Source: Squalus acanthias
Lineage: Eukaryota
NCBI GenBank assembly: GCA_030390025.1
Contig: CM059432.1
Coordinates: 65,846,001 to 65,910,000, forward strand
Reading direction: 5' to 3'
DNA length: 64,000 bases
Of the stretch, positions 1 through 12,769 are shown one piece after another; the first letter of the stretch is position 1; every line of letters begins with the position of its first letter. The notes beneath the pieces were generated by a model that had not been told where the DNA came from, ran no database searches, and was given only the letters and a program-made list of their open reading frames with translations. Made by a program: the position numbers and the translations under genes.

Positions 1-261
1 ACAAGAGCAGGCCAGAGGCTAGGGAATCTGTGGTGAGTGTCACCTCCTGACTCCCAAAGCCTTTCCATCATCTACAAGGCACAAGTAAGGAGCGTGATGG
101 AATACTCGCCACTTGCCTGGATGAGTGCAGCTCCAACAACACTCAAGAAGCTCGACACCATCCAGGACAAACCAGCCCGCTTGATTGGCACCCCATCCAC
201 AACCTTAAACATTTACTCCCTTCACCACTGGTGTACCATGGCTGCAGTGTGTACCATCTAC
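1..261 (+). mobile_element. CR1-group LINE (family A), RT C-terminal fragment, split by an LTR insertion
   Basis: Encodes YKAQVRSVMEYSPLAW...KKLDTIQDK, homologous to the copy at 48441-49402. The LINE resumes at 3379. Confidence 0.85.
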
Positions 262-634
262 TGTGAAGGAATATGCCATATACAGAAAAATACACTATCC
301 TATGAAATAATTCTGATTAATACATGACAAACTAGGCTTGAAAATCTAGAAAACCTAACAATCAGAAGCTGTAAACACCATACAGGCTTTTGAGATAAGA
401 TAAGTTGTTGACACTGAAACAATAGCTTCGTTGAAACAGAGGGTTAGAGCTTCTAGAAAGTCTGCAGCTTGGAAAAAAGACAATACCATATCTAGTTAAA
501 GGTGTCTTAAACCAACACTTTGAAATTAATCACATAAATTAAAGAAACATATGCCTTCATAAATATGACATCAATAGTTGCAACAGCCATCACATTGTTT
601 TTGTGTTGAACTTGGAACACCTAGTAGACACAAA

Positions 635-1384
635 GGGCTGGATTTTGTCTTGGGGTCGTGTAATCCGCATTTCGTGTTTTCCCCCCGACTCCAGATTAAT
701 GTGGATGCCTGATGCAATTTTCACTTAATTGGGCAATTGCGTTGGAGCATGTGGGAACCCATGAACTAATTAGTGTTTTCAGTCTGAAAGTCGCCTCTGA
801 TGATGTCATCATTGCTGACTGCCTAGTCTCAGAGACTGTTGGTGAGAGAGGACCTGTCTGGCTTACTTTTGTGGACCTGGTTGGGGGGGGAAAGGAGAGA
901 GAGAGAGAGAGAGAGAGAATGTTTTTTGCATCCAGGTCCTCTCACAGCAAAGGCCAGGCAGTCTCTGAAGACATTCAATGCAGCAGCATCAGAGGCGACA
1001 TTCACACCTAATACTACTACTAACTAACTTCATCACATCTCCGTTGTAATAGTGGACCTGCAGCCGATAGTCTGCTATCCACTTGTGCTCCCGCCAGGTT
1101 TCACTGGACTGTTTCACACCAGGCGTGCTTCACGTCAGAAGAGGGTTAAACTAGCTACAGCGTTTCAAAATGGCATTACAGAGCCAATTTAGAGCTTGTT
1201 AAGGGCTTTAATGGCCTTTCCCGCCTCTTGAAGGTGGGATGGAGTTGGGAACCCCGCGACTGATTATGTCAAAATTGCGTGGAGGCGGGATCGAGTCGGG
1301 ATGGGGTCGGAAACCCCGACCCCGCAAATTTAACCCCCCGCACGCCTCCAAACCCGACTCCATGGGTCATTCAAAATCCAGCCC
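635..1384. mobile_element. Harbinger/PIF MITE nested in LTR A
   Basis: 13-bp perfect TIR GGGCTGGATTTTG/CAAAATCCAGCCC. 3-bp TSD AAA (632-634, 1385-1387). Confidence 0.9.
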
Positions 1385-2254
1385 AAAGTCTGCTTACAAC
1401 CAGCTAAGGTGACTTAAGAATTGAATAGAAGACCTTCGTGAGAATGACATCACATAGATACATCTGTTACAACCGTTTTTTATGATGAACTTGAAACACC
1501 TAAAGGAGAGACACGAGTTTGAAAGCTACAAGCTGAACTAACTGTAAAAATAGAAGGGGTCAACAGAAAAATGACTAGAGATAATTAGCTTACATCAGCA
1601 GAAAACTTCAAAGGATATACCACTGAGAAAGAGTATAAATATAGAACTTTCAAATAGGAAGACAGAATTCGCTGGAAGGGGCAAAGCGATTCTCAGCTTC
1701 AGAGGCAATCTCAGTAAGCCTACAACTCTTTGAGTCTCGGGTAACAAAGGTATTTGATTTAGATGGATATCCTGGAATAAGACTAAGTAAGAAATGTAAA
1801 AATGTACCGAAGTTAAGATTTGAGAATAAGGATCTCTGATGATAAGAATTGTAAGCTTTTTGTTTTTAGAATTGTTAAAGTTGCGATTGAATCACCAACT
1901 GTAAATTACATGTTGGTTCTTTAATAAATCTTTATATTTTTGGAATTATCTCAAATAGTACTTCTGTATCAAATTTGCAAACTCAATCTCTGTACACTCT
2001 GTGGTGAGGAGTTGCAGAATTCTGGGGGAGTTTTCCGGACCCTCATAATATCCGGAAGGTTACAGTCTAGCTAAACTTATTAAAAGTGTTATCTGGAGGA
2101 CGGTATCATCTTCAGGCTGTTCCTTTCCTTTAGGGAGAGATAGTCTGGACCTTTAGACCCAATTAAGCGTCTTTAGGATCCGGCTACCTCTAACTTTAGT
2201 TGAAGGTGAACGTCTGGGGAATACGCCTGATCCGGGGTAGCCTGAAAAGGGCGA

Positions 2255-3353
2255 TGTAAGCGGTTTTGATCCTAGCCCAATTGCTAGACGGATGGTTCGA
2301 ATCACCCCTGCCTTACGAAAGTTCTATACCCGGGAATTATTATTCAGAGTGTAAATGAAATAAGTCACAGACAGGAATGCTTCGGTGAAAAATTGTACTT
2401 ATATTTATTTGGTCTAACATACACTGGCTAAAACATGCACTACTAAATGAAATCACTGTCTCTGTGGAGAATAAAAATCCAGGTTACAAACAACATACAT
2501 ACAGTACCGAACTGGGGACTATGACAAGCAGTAATTCCCTTGTTGCTATGGTGGACTCTAATTCCACCCCTACCAACAAATTACCCAGTCGCATAAGCCC
2601 CTTCGCCTGGCTGAACCAAACAAAGCTCTCACCCCGGAATAGCCCAAAAGCTTCACTTCTGAGAAAAACTCTGAGCCCTCTGGTTACCGGCTTGGGACAC
2701 TCGAGACCATGCTTACCCCCACACGCAGTCGGTTTCGATAGCTCCGCTCGGCGGCTCCGCTGGTACTTCTTGTTAGGTCGATCTTGTTGGAGCGAGAGCG
2801 AGAGAGATAGAGAATGGTGGGAAAGGGTCTATCTTTATAGGAGTCTCGCTACCCCTATCTTTCCCGCCAATCTTTAAAATCCTTTTGTTTCTAAGCACTC
2901 TGGTGCTTAATCAGTGATGGGTCATCCTCAGACCCATGATTGGACTAATGGCCCTAAGTCTGGGACATCTCTCGGTCTTTGTGTTGGGGAAAACTGGCTC
3001 CTCTCCGGCTGGCTAGGCCAGTGGGTTCATTGTTCTGCTTCTCTTCTGAGATGGAGGTGAGAAGTGCTTTTGCATATTAGAGTGGCTTTCTAATAGGTTC
3101 AAGTTCAACTGGTCAATGGCCCCCTTCCCTTTTTCCAGGACTGTCGGGCGAACCTATACATTCTGGATGACTGACAGTTCTTTTGTCACATCCAACTGCC
3201 ATGCGTTCTCTGGAGTTTTAACAAACCAATTTTTCACATATCTGCACAGGGTGATCCCATCACAGGGAAAATACCCTCAGAAAAATCCCATAAAGTCCAC
3301 AAAATATACTCGACTGAGTCCATTCTTCAAACAGAGACTTTGCGATCTCTTCA
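2255..3353 (-). mobile_element. Solo LTR, family B (1.1 kb), nested near the 3' end of LTR A
   Basis: TG...CA termini. TSD GCGA/GCTA (1 mismatch). Absent at the homologous site of LTR A copy 2. Minus-strand TATAAA ~2835 and AATAAA ~2405. Confidence 0.8.
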
Positions 3354-3378
3354 GCTAGGACTAGTAATAATCCTTTCA

Positions 3379-3726
3379 CTACAAGATGCACTGCAGCAAC
3401 TCGCCAAGGCTTCTTCGGCAGAACCTCCCAAACCCGTGACCTCTAACACCTAGAAGGACAAGGGCAGCAGGCGCATGGGAACACCACCACCTCCAACTTC
3501 CCCTTCAAGTCACATAGCATCCTGACTTGGAAGTATATCGCCGTTCCTTCATCGTCGCTGGGTCAAAATCCTGGATCTCCCTACCTAACAGCACTGTGGG
3601 AGTACCTTTACCACATGGACTGCAGCAGTTCAAGAAGGCAGCTCACCACCACCTTCTCAAAGGCAATTAGGGATGAGCAATAAATGCTGGCCTTGCCAGC
3701 AATGCCCACATCTATGAACGAATAAA
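3379..3726 (+). mobile_element. CR1-group LINE family A, 3' end
   Basis: Continues 1-261. Matches the 3' ends at ~49045-49400 and ~53560-53880. Confidence 0.85.
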
Positions 3727-5382
3727 GATGTGCTTAGAAGGTGTCGCTGGCTCCTGAACTGGAAAAGTCATTAAACTGTTTCTGGCATTGAATTGGTTGG
3801 CAGTTGGCATCATCTGTCCTGGTCATTTCCTTCCTCTCCCTTTAAGCGGCTTTGCTTGGAGTTTGCGTCACTCTCTTCTAAATGGGATTTCCCTCCTCTA
3901 CCTGATCTCCAGCACTTTACATTCAAGAAGCTTGTGGGGTGGGGGAGGAACTGAATCTCTGCCCTCCAGCTCACCTCCTCAATGTAATTTTTATCAAAAG
4001 AATTTGCTTGGGCACAGCAAAAACAATGATTCCTGGCCCTTTAAATTGATGCAGGCCTTTAAATCTTACAACAGCTTGCTGTTTTCAGCTGCCCAATGGG
4101 TAAGTTCCCAATCAAAGATGTTTCTGGTGCCTGATCCTCACCATAATATTTTAATGAGGTTAACCCTGGAAATTACAGCAGCGTCAGCACTCATGATGTC
4201 GGGCAAGCGCAATACATTCTCAGAAAATCTAGGTTACTGTGCCCAAAACACTGAATGTCCATGTAGAGCATTTGGCATGTATTTCGATAGCTGATTTCCC
4301 GAGAGGCGTCCACATTTAGCACTGACAAGTACAATAAAATTCAGACATGAACTGGGTGCTTGCTTGCTAGGTTATAATACAGAATTGTCTCTTATCTCCC
4401 TACATTTCTTATACATTGTCCAAAAACCGGCTGGCCTCTAAGAGGACAGCAAGTGTATGCTCAAAGCTACATATGCACAAGTTGTCCTGACTATTATCTG
4501 CCTGATCTCTCCAGCACGATCACCGTTGTAACTTTACCAACACGAAGTTCTCCCCTAGCTGCTTATGACGCCGTGATCCAATAACGCTGCTCGGACTGCC
4601 ACAAAGTTGACCCATGATCCGCAATAACAGTACTGAAACCCAGTGACCAGAAAAAGACATTCAGCCAGCAGGAGAGAGAGCCGCAGATCTATGTACACTC
4701 TAGTTACATGCTAGATAGCCTCAAATTTGCTGCTGACCTTACAACTGAGGGAGCCATCTGTTGTTATCACACATATGTGCAGAACAGCATGTGCCGGGCT
4801 GCTAATGAGGTAACTTTGGGGCAGCAAGGAAAGTTAAATCCCATGCTGATCTTTGGCAGCAAATGCTAATGAGGCACACCAGGTGATAAATGCTGATTGT
4901 CCTCATAAAAAGAGAATTCTTGGCATGTAGAACAGAGATCAGGAATTAATACATGGAAAGAGAAAAGTCAGGTCAAACATATTTTTAAATATATTTTTAT
5001 TTGGGTAATTGTTACACTCATCTAGGTGATGGACACCAGTGCTGGCAAGTGAAGTGCTTTTTGATTTGCCTTGGCATCAGTTTCGCAGTGGCGCCAGATG
5101 CAGAGTGAAGTTGCTTCCATGCTGTATCAACTGTATCCTCTGTTTGCTATTTGTCGCAAATTTCTCTACAACTAGTGAATAACAGTGTGGTATAAATCCG
5201 TCATGGGCGATAGCACAAAACGACGACAGCGAATCTATCGCCTGTTTTGCACTTTGCCCTATTGTATTTTCCAATGAGGTCGAGATGCTATTGCCAAGAC
5301 AAATTTCTATCCCACCTTACAACAGAATTATACAGATTTTCAACTGCTGCCTGTCCGTTTCTCACCTGAAAAATGGGCCACT

Positions 5383-7343
5383 AGCAGAGAAAATTCGAGA
5401 AGGCACCTTTAATACCAAGGTCCGCCTGATTCAATTTTCAGACAATCGGGGTTCTCCTTCTTCTTAGGCAGTCCCTCGGAACCGAGGATGACTTGATTCC
5501 ACATTAAAAATGAGTTCGCAGGTGACTGATGAGTCCAATGCGGGACCTACAGTCTCTGTCACAGGTGGGGCAGACAGTGGTTGAAGGGGCGGGTGGGTGG
5601 GGTGCTTGGGTTGACGTGCGCTCCTTGCGCTGCCTGCACTTGGCTTCCGCATGCTCCCGGTGAAGAGACTCGAGGTGTTCGGCGCCTTCCCGGATGCTTC
5701 TCCTCCACTTTGTGCGGTCTTGAGCCAGGGATTCCCAGGTGTCAGTGGGGATGTTACACTTTTTCAAGGAGGCTTTGAGGGTGTCTTTGAAGCGTTTCCT
5801 CTGCCCACCTGGGGCTCTCTTGTCGTGCCGGAGCTCCGAGTAGAGCGCTTGTTTTGGGAGACTCGTATCAGGCATGCGGACAATGTGACGCGTCCATCAG
5901 AGCTGATCGAGCGTGGTAAAAGCTTCGATGCTGGGGATGTTGGCCTGAGCAAGAACACTGACGTTGGTGCGCCTATCCTGCCAATGGATTTGCAGGATCT
6001 TGCGGAGGCAGCGTTGGTGGTACCTCTCCAGTGCTTTGAGGTGCCTGCTGTACATGGTCCATGTCTCTGAGGCATACAGCAGGGCGGGTATCACTGCTGC
6101 TCTGTAGACCATGAGCTTAGTGCCGGGTTTGAGGTCCTGATCTTCAAACACTCTCTTCCTCAGGTGACCAAAGGCTACACTGGCACACTGAAGGCGGTGT
6201 TGGACTTCGTCATCGACGTCTGCCCTTGTGGACAGTAGGCTCCAGAAGTATGGAAAGTGGTCCACGTTGAACTAAAGCCTTGTCGTGGATTTTGATAATC
6301 GGGGGGCAGTACTGTGTGGCGGGGGCAGGTTGGTAGAGGACCTTTGTCTTACGGATGTTTAGTGTAAGGCCCATGCGCTCGTACGCTTCGGTGAAGGTGT
6401 TGACGATGGTTTGGAGTTCGACCTCCGAGTGAGCGCAGACACAAGTGTCATCTGCATACTGTAATTCGATGACAGAGGATGGGACGACCTTGGATCTGGA
6501 CTGGAGGCGACGGAGGTTGAACAGTTTCCCGTTTGTTCTGTAAATTAGCTTCACTCCAGTGGGGAGCTTACTGAGGGTGAGATGGAGCGTTGCAGCAAGG
6601 AAGATCGAGAAGAGCGTTGGTGCGATGACTCAGCCTTGCTTGACCCCGGTTCGTACGTGAATTGGGTCTGTGGTGGATCCGTTGGTCAGGATCACGGCTT
6701 GCATGTCGCCGTGAAGCAGGTGGAGGATGGTGACAAACTTATGAGGGCAGCCGAATTTGAGGAGGACACTCCATAATCCCTCACGGTTGACAGTGTCGAA
6801 GGCCTTTGTGAGATCAAAGAAGGCCATGTACAGTGGTTGGTGCTGTTCCCTGCATTTTTCTTGTAATTGACGTGCGGTGAAGATCATGCAAATCGGGGTT
6901 CTACATGGATCGCAGGACCCCAATTGCAATTTTCATGTACAAATGGCGGGGGCGCGTGTGCCATTAACACTAGGCCTAGTTGGACCAGGCATTGAGTGGC
7001 CTAATCAGCCGTCCTTAAGGGGACCAGTGAAGGCTCGTCAGGAAAAGGGAAGTTTTTTAAAGTTTCATGCTTCTCCTGGCCCCACGAAAATCCTCCTGCC
7101 TGTTATAGACTATACTTGCTCTCCCCAGGATTGGCTCCCCTTCACCCCCAACAGGCCTGAGCTCCTGGCTGGTTCCGTGTCAAAACTGGCGAGTTGTAGT
7201 GAAACATTCGTTTGACATCCGCAGCTCGCTGGCATGAATGCAAATGAAAATGGTTCAGGCCTTTCGTCTGTGGCTTTGGGTGGATGCCGTGGATGCCCTG
7301 CCCATTTCCCACCTGTTTTGGACACAGGTTGAAATTTGCCCCC
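5383..7343. mobile_element. Degenerate Harbinger-type MITE hosting the RTE insertion
   Basis: Right end GAAATTTGCCCCC resembles other Harbinger TIRs here. Left end uncertain. Confidence 0.4.
5456..6890 (-). mobile_element. RTE-clade (BovB-like) LINE, 5'-truncated and frameshifted
   Basis: RT motifs FFDLTKAFDTV, GVKQG, QYADD. C-terminal CPTC...HLRTH zinc finger. (AAG)n tail. 12-bp TSD AATCGGGGTTCT (5444-5455, 6891-6902). Confidence 0.92.
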
Positions 7344-7825
7344 ATTGTGTCTGTTAAGGTATAATACTCCTCTTATTATAAAACAATGTATCACCCGATT
7401 ACTTGAGTAAAACCATGGGCGAGCTACTATAATGGGCCAACTAAAATTTATTTTCAACAATAAAAATTGACTAATTTGTGCACTATTTGCTTTTATAGTA
7501 TAGCTGGCATACATTCTGTGAGTGTGAGAAGCCTGGTTTATATTTACGCTCCCTAATTCATGGGCAGTGAGACCAATTGTAACATCTCTAGTAACATTCC
7601 AGACGAGATCAGTTAACTCAGCACAGATCGGGAGATGCTTTTACATATGTTGGATTTGGGTATTTATTGGCACCAAGTGTTCAATATGCTCAAGAATGTA
7701 GATAGTACAGCACTGTTCTGTAGATGAAACTATATATAGATCCAATAATTTAAAATGGTCATAGAATTGGTGAAATATCTAGATTTACTGTATTGTTGGG
7801 TATCTTCTGCACGATGAAGCGTTAG

Positions 7826-8700
7826 CTTGGCTCAGTGGCAGGATTTTCGCTTATCGAATCAGAAGTGGCTTGAGCTCATATTCTCGGCTGACAGTTCAGT
7901 ACAGCATAGAGGGAGTGCTGTATTGTCAGTGTTGCCATACTTCAAATGAAATGTCTGCCTTTTTAGAAAAAGAAAAAAAAAACTTGCATTTCTATAGCGC
8001 CTTTCATGACCTCAGCACGTCCCAAAGTGCTTTACAGCTAATGAAGTACTTTTTGAAGTGTAGTCACTTTTGTAATGTAGGAAAGGCGGCAGACAATTTG
8101 CGCACAGCAAGCTCCCACAAACAGCACTGTGATAATGGCCAGATAATCTGTTTTAGTGATGTTGATTTAGGGATAAATATTGGCCAGGACACCGGGGATA
8201 ACTCCCCTGCTTGTCTTCGAAATAGTGCCATGGGATCTTTTACGTCCACCTGAGAGAGCAGACGGGGCCTCAGTTTAACATCTCATCCGAAGACAGTACC
8301 TCCGACAGTGCAGCACTCCCTCAGTACTGCACTGGAGTGCGAGCCTAGATTTTTGTGCTCAAGTCTCTGGAGTGGGTCTTGAACCCACAACCTTCTGACT
8401 TATATAAATACAAGTTGTTGTTGGTAGAGGCGAGGTGGATGTAAAAATCTTATGGCACTATTCAAAGTGGGGCAGGGAGTTCTCCTGATGTCTTGGCCAA
8501 TATTTTTCCCTCAATAAACATGAGCAAAACAGATTAACTAGAAATTTACATCAGTTGCAGCTGTGGGAACTTGTTGTTCGCAGCTTGGCTGCTGTATTTG
8601 CCGACATAACGACAGTGGCTGCACTTCCAAATTAAGTCATTAGATATGAGGCACTTAGGAGGCCATTAGAGACATTTTATAAATGCAATTTCATTCTTTC
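7826..8700 (+). mobile_element. Degenerate Deu-SINE (SacSINE1-like) interrupted by a younger antisense copy
   Basis: tRNA-like head TGGCTCAGTGG at ~7828. The body resumes ~8436 and ends ...ATAAATGCAA. Confidence 0.65.
7975..8400 (-). mobile_element. Deu-SINE (SacSINE1-like), near full length
   Basis: Reverse complement has B-box GGTTCAAGACCC, core GAGGGAGTGCTGCACTGTCGGAGG...AAAAGATCCCATGGCACTATT and L2-type tail AAAGGCGCTATAGAAATGCAAG. Confidence 0.85.
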
Positions 8701-8755
8701 TGCACCTCTCCAAAAATTAAGCTATACAGCAGTGGAACTGAAGTTAAAGACTGCC

Positions 8756-8865
8756 GGGCCAGGGTTTTCCGTTCTGCACTTGACAGGCCACGATTTTTTT
8801 GTCCATTAAAATGAATGGACAGGAACATTGTGAGCTAGTAAACTCATAAATGGAAAACTTGGCCC
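8756..8865. mobile_element. ~110-bp hairpin mini-MITE (Harbinger-like ends)
   Basis: GGGCCAGGGTTTTCC ... GGAAAACTTGGCCC with a central inverted repeat TGTCCATT/AATGGACA. Confidence 0.55.
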
Positions 8866-9271
8866 CTGTGCCAGTATGCTGAACTGTTCCATGCAACAAC
8901 TACTAATATGTAGAACAATAATAATTCAAAGATTAATTTTGCATACACAATACAAAATAGTACACATGCCACAGCAATAATTGTCAAGAATCTCAGCAGT
9001 TAGAAAGATAGGGGGGTATATTGGTGCTTACTTTCACTATGTATTCACAATAGATGCAATAATAATATAACCCAGGAATAGCATTCTTTTTTTCAAGGAA
9101 ACATTCTCTTCACATTATATCAGAACACATGTTTTATTTTTTGATTCAAAACCCAGGGCTAGAAATTCTGTTGTGTACTTTATTTAAATTGGTTAATGCA
9201 TTCAGGTGAAATTCCTCATTAACCCATTTTTAAAATAAATGGATTAGTGACTTTGTTAAAATAGAGAATAA

Positions 9272-11970
9272 GGGCTCGATTTTGCCAGGCCCGAGGAGGC
9301 GGGATTGGAGGCGTGTGAGGTGGTAAAATCGCAAAAAATGGCGGGTGGGCCCGATCCCGTCTCCAGCCCGTCTCCGAGCAATTTTCCTAAATGCGAGTTT
9401 TCTGACCCCATTTCTATCCCGCCTCCAAGAGGCGGGATAGGCCCTTAAGGCCCTTAACAACCAGTTAAGTGCCTCTATAACCCCATTTTGAGAGGCCTTT
9501 CTGATTTTACCACTTTTCCCCCATCCTGCATGCCTCCTCTGGAACATGCCAGTGAATCCTGGCGGCCTCACAAGTGGATTGCTTACTAACAGCTGCAGCT
9601 CGACCATTAAAAAGGAGTTTTCAGCAATCATCATTTGCAGGTGGCAGAACTTTGTTGTCTCAGATCTGGGGGAACGTTTAGCAGGCATACCCATTGTTGT
9701 GGAAGTTTGGAGCCTGACACCCATCTCCAGTGTGACTTCCTGGGAAACCCCTCTCGCCACCTTGACTGAGCGCTTCCTCAACTGAGGCATATACCAGAAG
9801 CATGGGAACCATTTATTTCCTTTCCTCCTGGACATCAGATTCGGACGAAGACCAGCCGTGGCAGCAGCAGAACCATGAACAACAGCACCACCAACAGCAG
9901 CAGCAACAACAGGAGCTCCAAGCTGCTGCTTACCCACCTGAAGCTGCACAGGCCAGAACGCACCAGCGCGCGACCACATTGCTGCCCGGGATGCAAGGGA
10001 CACACTCATCTTGGCCAGATTTGCTTAGCCTGCACAATCAAACAATTTTGCCTCACACCTTCTTATCAGACCATTGACAATGGCCAAGAACCTGCGGATT
10101 CCTATCACTCTGACCACCATACTGACAATTGCAAGTCACCCTAAGCCCTCAATGTGGAAGTCCCATTAGAGAAATGACACATGCCACAACTGCAACAGTT
10201 TGCCATCAGAATTTTTTATGACAATAAGCAACTGATGGCTTTTCAAAGTTAAACACAACATTACACCCAAGTGACTACGGTAGCCAGCCTTACCATGGAG
10301 GTAGCCAGCCTTACCATGGAGGTAGCCATCCTTTCCAAGGAGGTTGCCATCCTTTCCGTGGTGATGCGTTCATGCGCCAACGCCTCCACAAAGGCTCTGC
10401 ACATGCTAACGATGGACTCCTCCATTCGCTCCACACTTGCAGCGACCCTGGAGACAAAACCTGCCAGAGACTCCTGCACCTGTTCCTGGAGTTCCAGCAC
10501 CGCTCTCCTTCTGGATGGACCCGGAGGCACAGGGTCGACATGCAGCGGAGCCGAGCTGGGAGAGTCCTGTGCCCTCCGATGAGGACTCTCCACTGCTGTC
10601 CCTGTCTCCACCATCTGCTGATGCTCACTTGTGAGCTGTGATACACCAGGTGACAACTCTACTCTATGTCCCAAAGGTCCCACCGAGGTGTGAGTGTCTG
10701 CACTGGTGCAAGGTGCACTTAATTCTGCTGACGGAGCGCCCTCAGAGGTTGCAGCTTCCTCTGAGGAGTCTGGAAGCTCAGGCTCTTCCTCCTGGACAGT
10801 GGGGACGGGAGCTCTCGATGGTCCTGTGGGGGAGTAAAGGAAAGAGTTAGAGATGTGAGGTAAAGGTTGCATGCACATTGAATTGTGCAGATGATCATAA
10901 GCCAATCTGTTAGAGCATCAGAATCATTATCAGTCACTCATGCAATGTCAATGAGAGAGATGCCAAACTATTCTGTCACCAGCTTGCTGTGATGCGCCCA
11001 CGTGTCCGTCCCCCACTTGGGAATCCTCCTCGATCCCGTCAATTTCCAGGGCCGCCTCCTCCGAGGTGGTGAGCTGGGCTACTGAGGGTGGCCCTCCTCC
11101 TGTCCTCGCTCTTTCCCTCTTATTGTGGGCTCTCTTTTCCTGCAATGAGGGACACAAGTGGAGTTTGAGTGAGAATGAAGGAGTGAGTGTAGAGAATCCA
11201 TAGCATAGATGCTTAGAAGGAGACAAAGAGCTCTGCCTGTGTGTTGTAAGTTGTTGTCATTGCGTCACAGTGATAGGGAGTGTGAGGGCTGCATGGTCGA
11301 ATAGTTAAGTGAATGTGACCATAGAGAGAGAGGGAATGGGTAAGGGTGCAGGGATGTCAGTGTCAAGTGGGATGTGGAGGAAGAGGTTGGCAAAGCAGAG
11401 TGCTGGTGAGGAGAGGCGATGGGGATGAGATTGAGGGTGATGAGAAAGTCATGCTCACTTTTCCTGTGCAGAGAAGGTCTCTTTCTGCACTGCAGCCAGG
11501 TTCTGCGGCACATAGAGATGGCATTGACCTCCTGGGCCACTTGCAGCCACACAGCTTTAGTCTGTTGTGGTGGTTTTTTTCTCCCTGAGGAAGGGAAGAG
11601 CACCTCCTTATTAAATCTTGCTCCCTGCATCAGAGCTTGGAGGGAGGGCTCATCAAAGCAAGGTGCACACTTTTGCTTGCTGGTGGACATGGTCGGTAAA
11701 TGAAGTCCTTCATACAATGTACAAAGCGTTTCCAGTCTCCAGAAGAAGCAAGGCTGCTTGCAGGCCTTAAATCCAGCAGCACTGATGACGTCATCGGAGG
11801 TGACTTTCAGGATGGAAAGACTAATTGGGCCAGGGGTTCCCACACACTGGAAATCAAGTGCCCAATTAGGGGAAAATCGCACTTTTTTCCCACTTCACAT
11901 CGGAGTCGGGGTCCTGACACGAAAACCACCTGACACACCCCAGCCCGACCCCAATGGCAAACTCGAGACC
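9272..11970. mobile_element. Non-autonomous Myb-retaining Harbinger
   Basis: TIR GGGCTCGATTTTGCCA / TGGCAAACTCGAGACC. TSD TAA. Three-exon Myb gene on minus strand. Transposase reduced to a remnant at 9802-10028. Confidence 0.9.
10261..11690 (-). pseudogene. Harbinger Myb/SANT-like DNA-binding protein gene, 3 exons (11690-11459, 11139-10980, 10823-10261), frameshift at end of exon 1
   Basis: Motif APCFDEPSLQAL...W..VAQEVN...RTWLQCRK. Exon 2 EKRAHNKRERARTGGG. GT-AG sites. Exon 1 is 232 nt (not 3n). C-terminal 21-bp heptad repeats (ERMATSL/VRLATSM). Confidence 0.8.
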
Positions 11971-12089
11971 TAAGAATTTAATCGAAGCACATTAACCAAT
12001 TTCTTAAAAATGGTGCACCAAGGAATTTCTACCCTAAGTCTATTATCATAATTTTTTTTAAAGAAAATCTTTTGTCACAATTGGGTCAC

Positions 12090-12260
12090 TTCCACTTGAG
12101 AGAGCAGACGGGGCCTCAGTTTTACGGTTCACCCAAAAGACGGCACCTCCGACAGTGCAGCACTCCCTCAACTGAAGTGTCAACCTAGATTATGTGCTCA
12201 AATTACACGGATTGGGGCGTGAACCCACAACCTTCTGACTCAGAGCGAGATTGCTACTAG
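12090..12260 (-). mobile_element. Deu-SINE fragment
   Basis: Matches 8225-8400. Confidence 0.75.
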
Positions 12261-12769
12261 TAAGTAGCATGGTGGTCACAACAGGCGGGCGGTGGGCACA
12301 TTCTGTCCGCCGACTGCCCATTGTGTTTCAAAAGTCAAAATCGTCATGGTAGCCAGTTAAGACCACAGAGCACCATAGTCCATTGCTAACACATCACAGC
12401 TGCAATGCATTGTTAGTCCGCATACTGAACTGACAGAGTTGTTGCAGAGACTGTAGTTTATGACCTGGATTCTTCAAATATGAGCTGCTTTAGTTGAAAC
12501 TTCAACTTTTTGCACACTATGAAGGTTACATTTTCTGATCTAGTAGCAATTAGCTTGTCAGAGGAGGAGCAGAAAGAATGAGAAAGGACTGTCTGTGATC
12601 TAAAGCAGCACAAAAAGTGTACCATCAGGTTCTGCCACTATAAAACATAACAAATCTATCATACCAGATACAGTTACATGGGAATGACAGAAGAGCTGCA
12701 AGGCGTGTGTCAGTTAGTCGGAAGGTTGTGTGAACTGTGCTATTTCTTTCAGGGAGAGCTCCAGATAAT

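Larger units (their letters stand above)
262..3378 (+). mobile_element. Solo LTR, family A copy 1 (~1.26 kb without nested inserts), ERV/Gypsy-type
   Basis: TGTGAAGGA...TCCTTTCA termini. 4-bp TSD CTAC (258-261, 3379-3382). TATAAA ~1634, AATAAA ~1923. Homologous to 37164-42855 and 63840-64000. Confidence 0.85.
9156..12035. mobile_element. Small palindromic Harbinger MITE (~180 bp) split by the 9272-11970 element
   Basis: GGGCTAGAAATTC ... GAATTTCTACCCT with ~55 bp of imperfect inverted repeat (AAATTGGTTAATG / CATTAACCAATTT). Confidence 0.6.

Noticed and set aside
3788..4294. 168-aa ORF
   Set aside because: Non-ATG start, no domain, no splice support.
7826..7870. tRNA gene
   Set aside because: Decayed tRNA-derived SINE head with no cloverleaf.
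9230..10009. 259-aa minus ORF
   Set aside because: Crosses the TIR into flanking DNA and has no motif.
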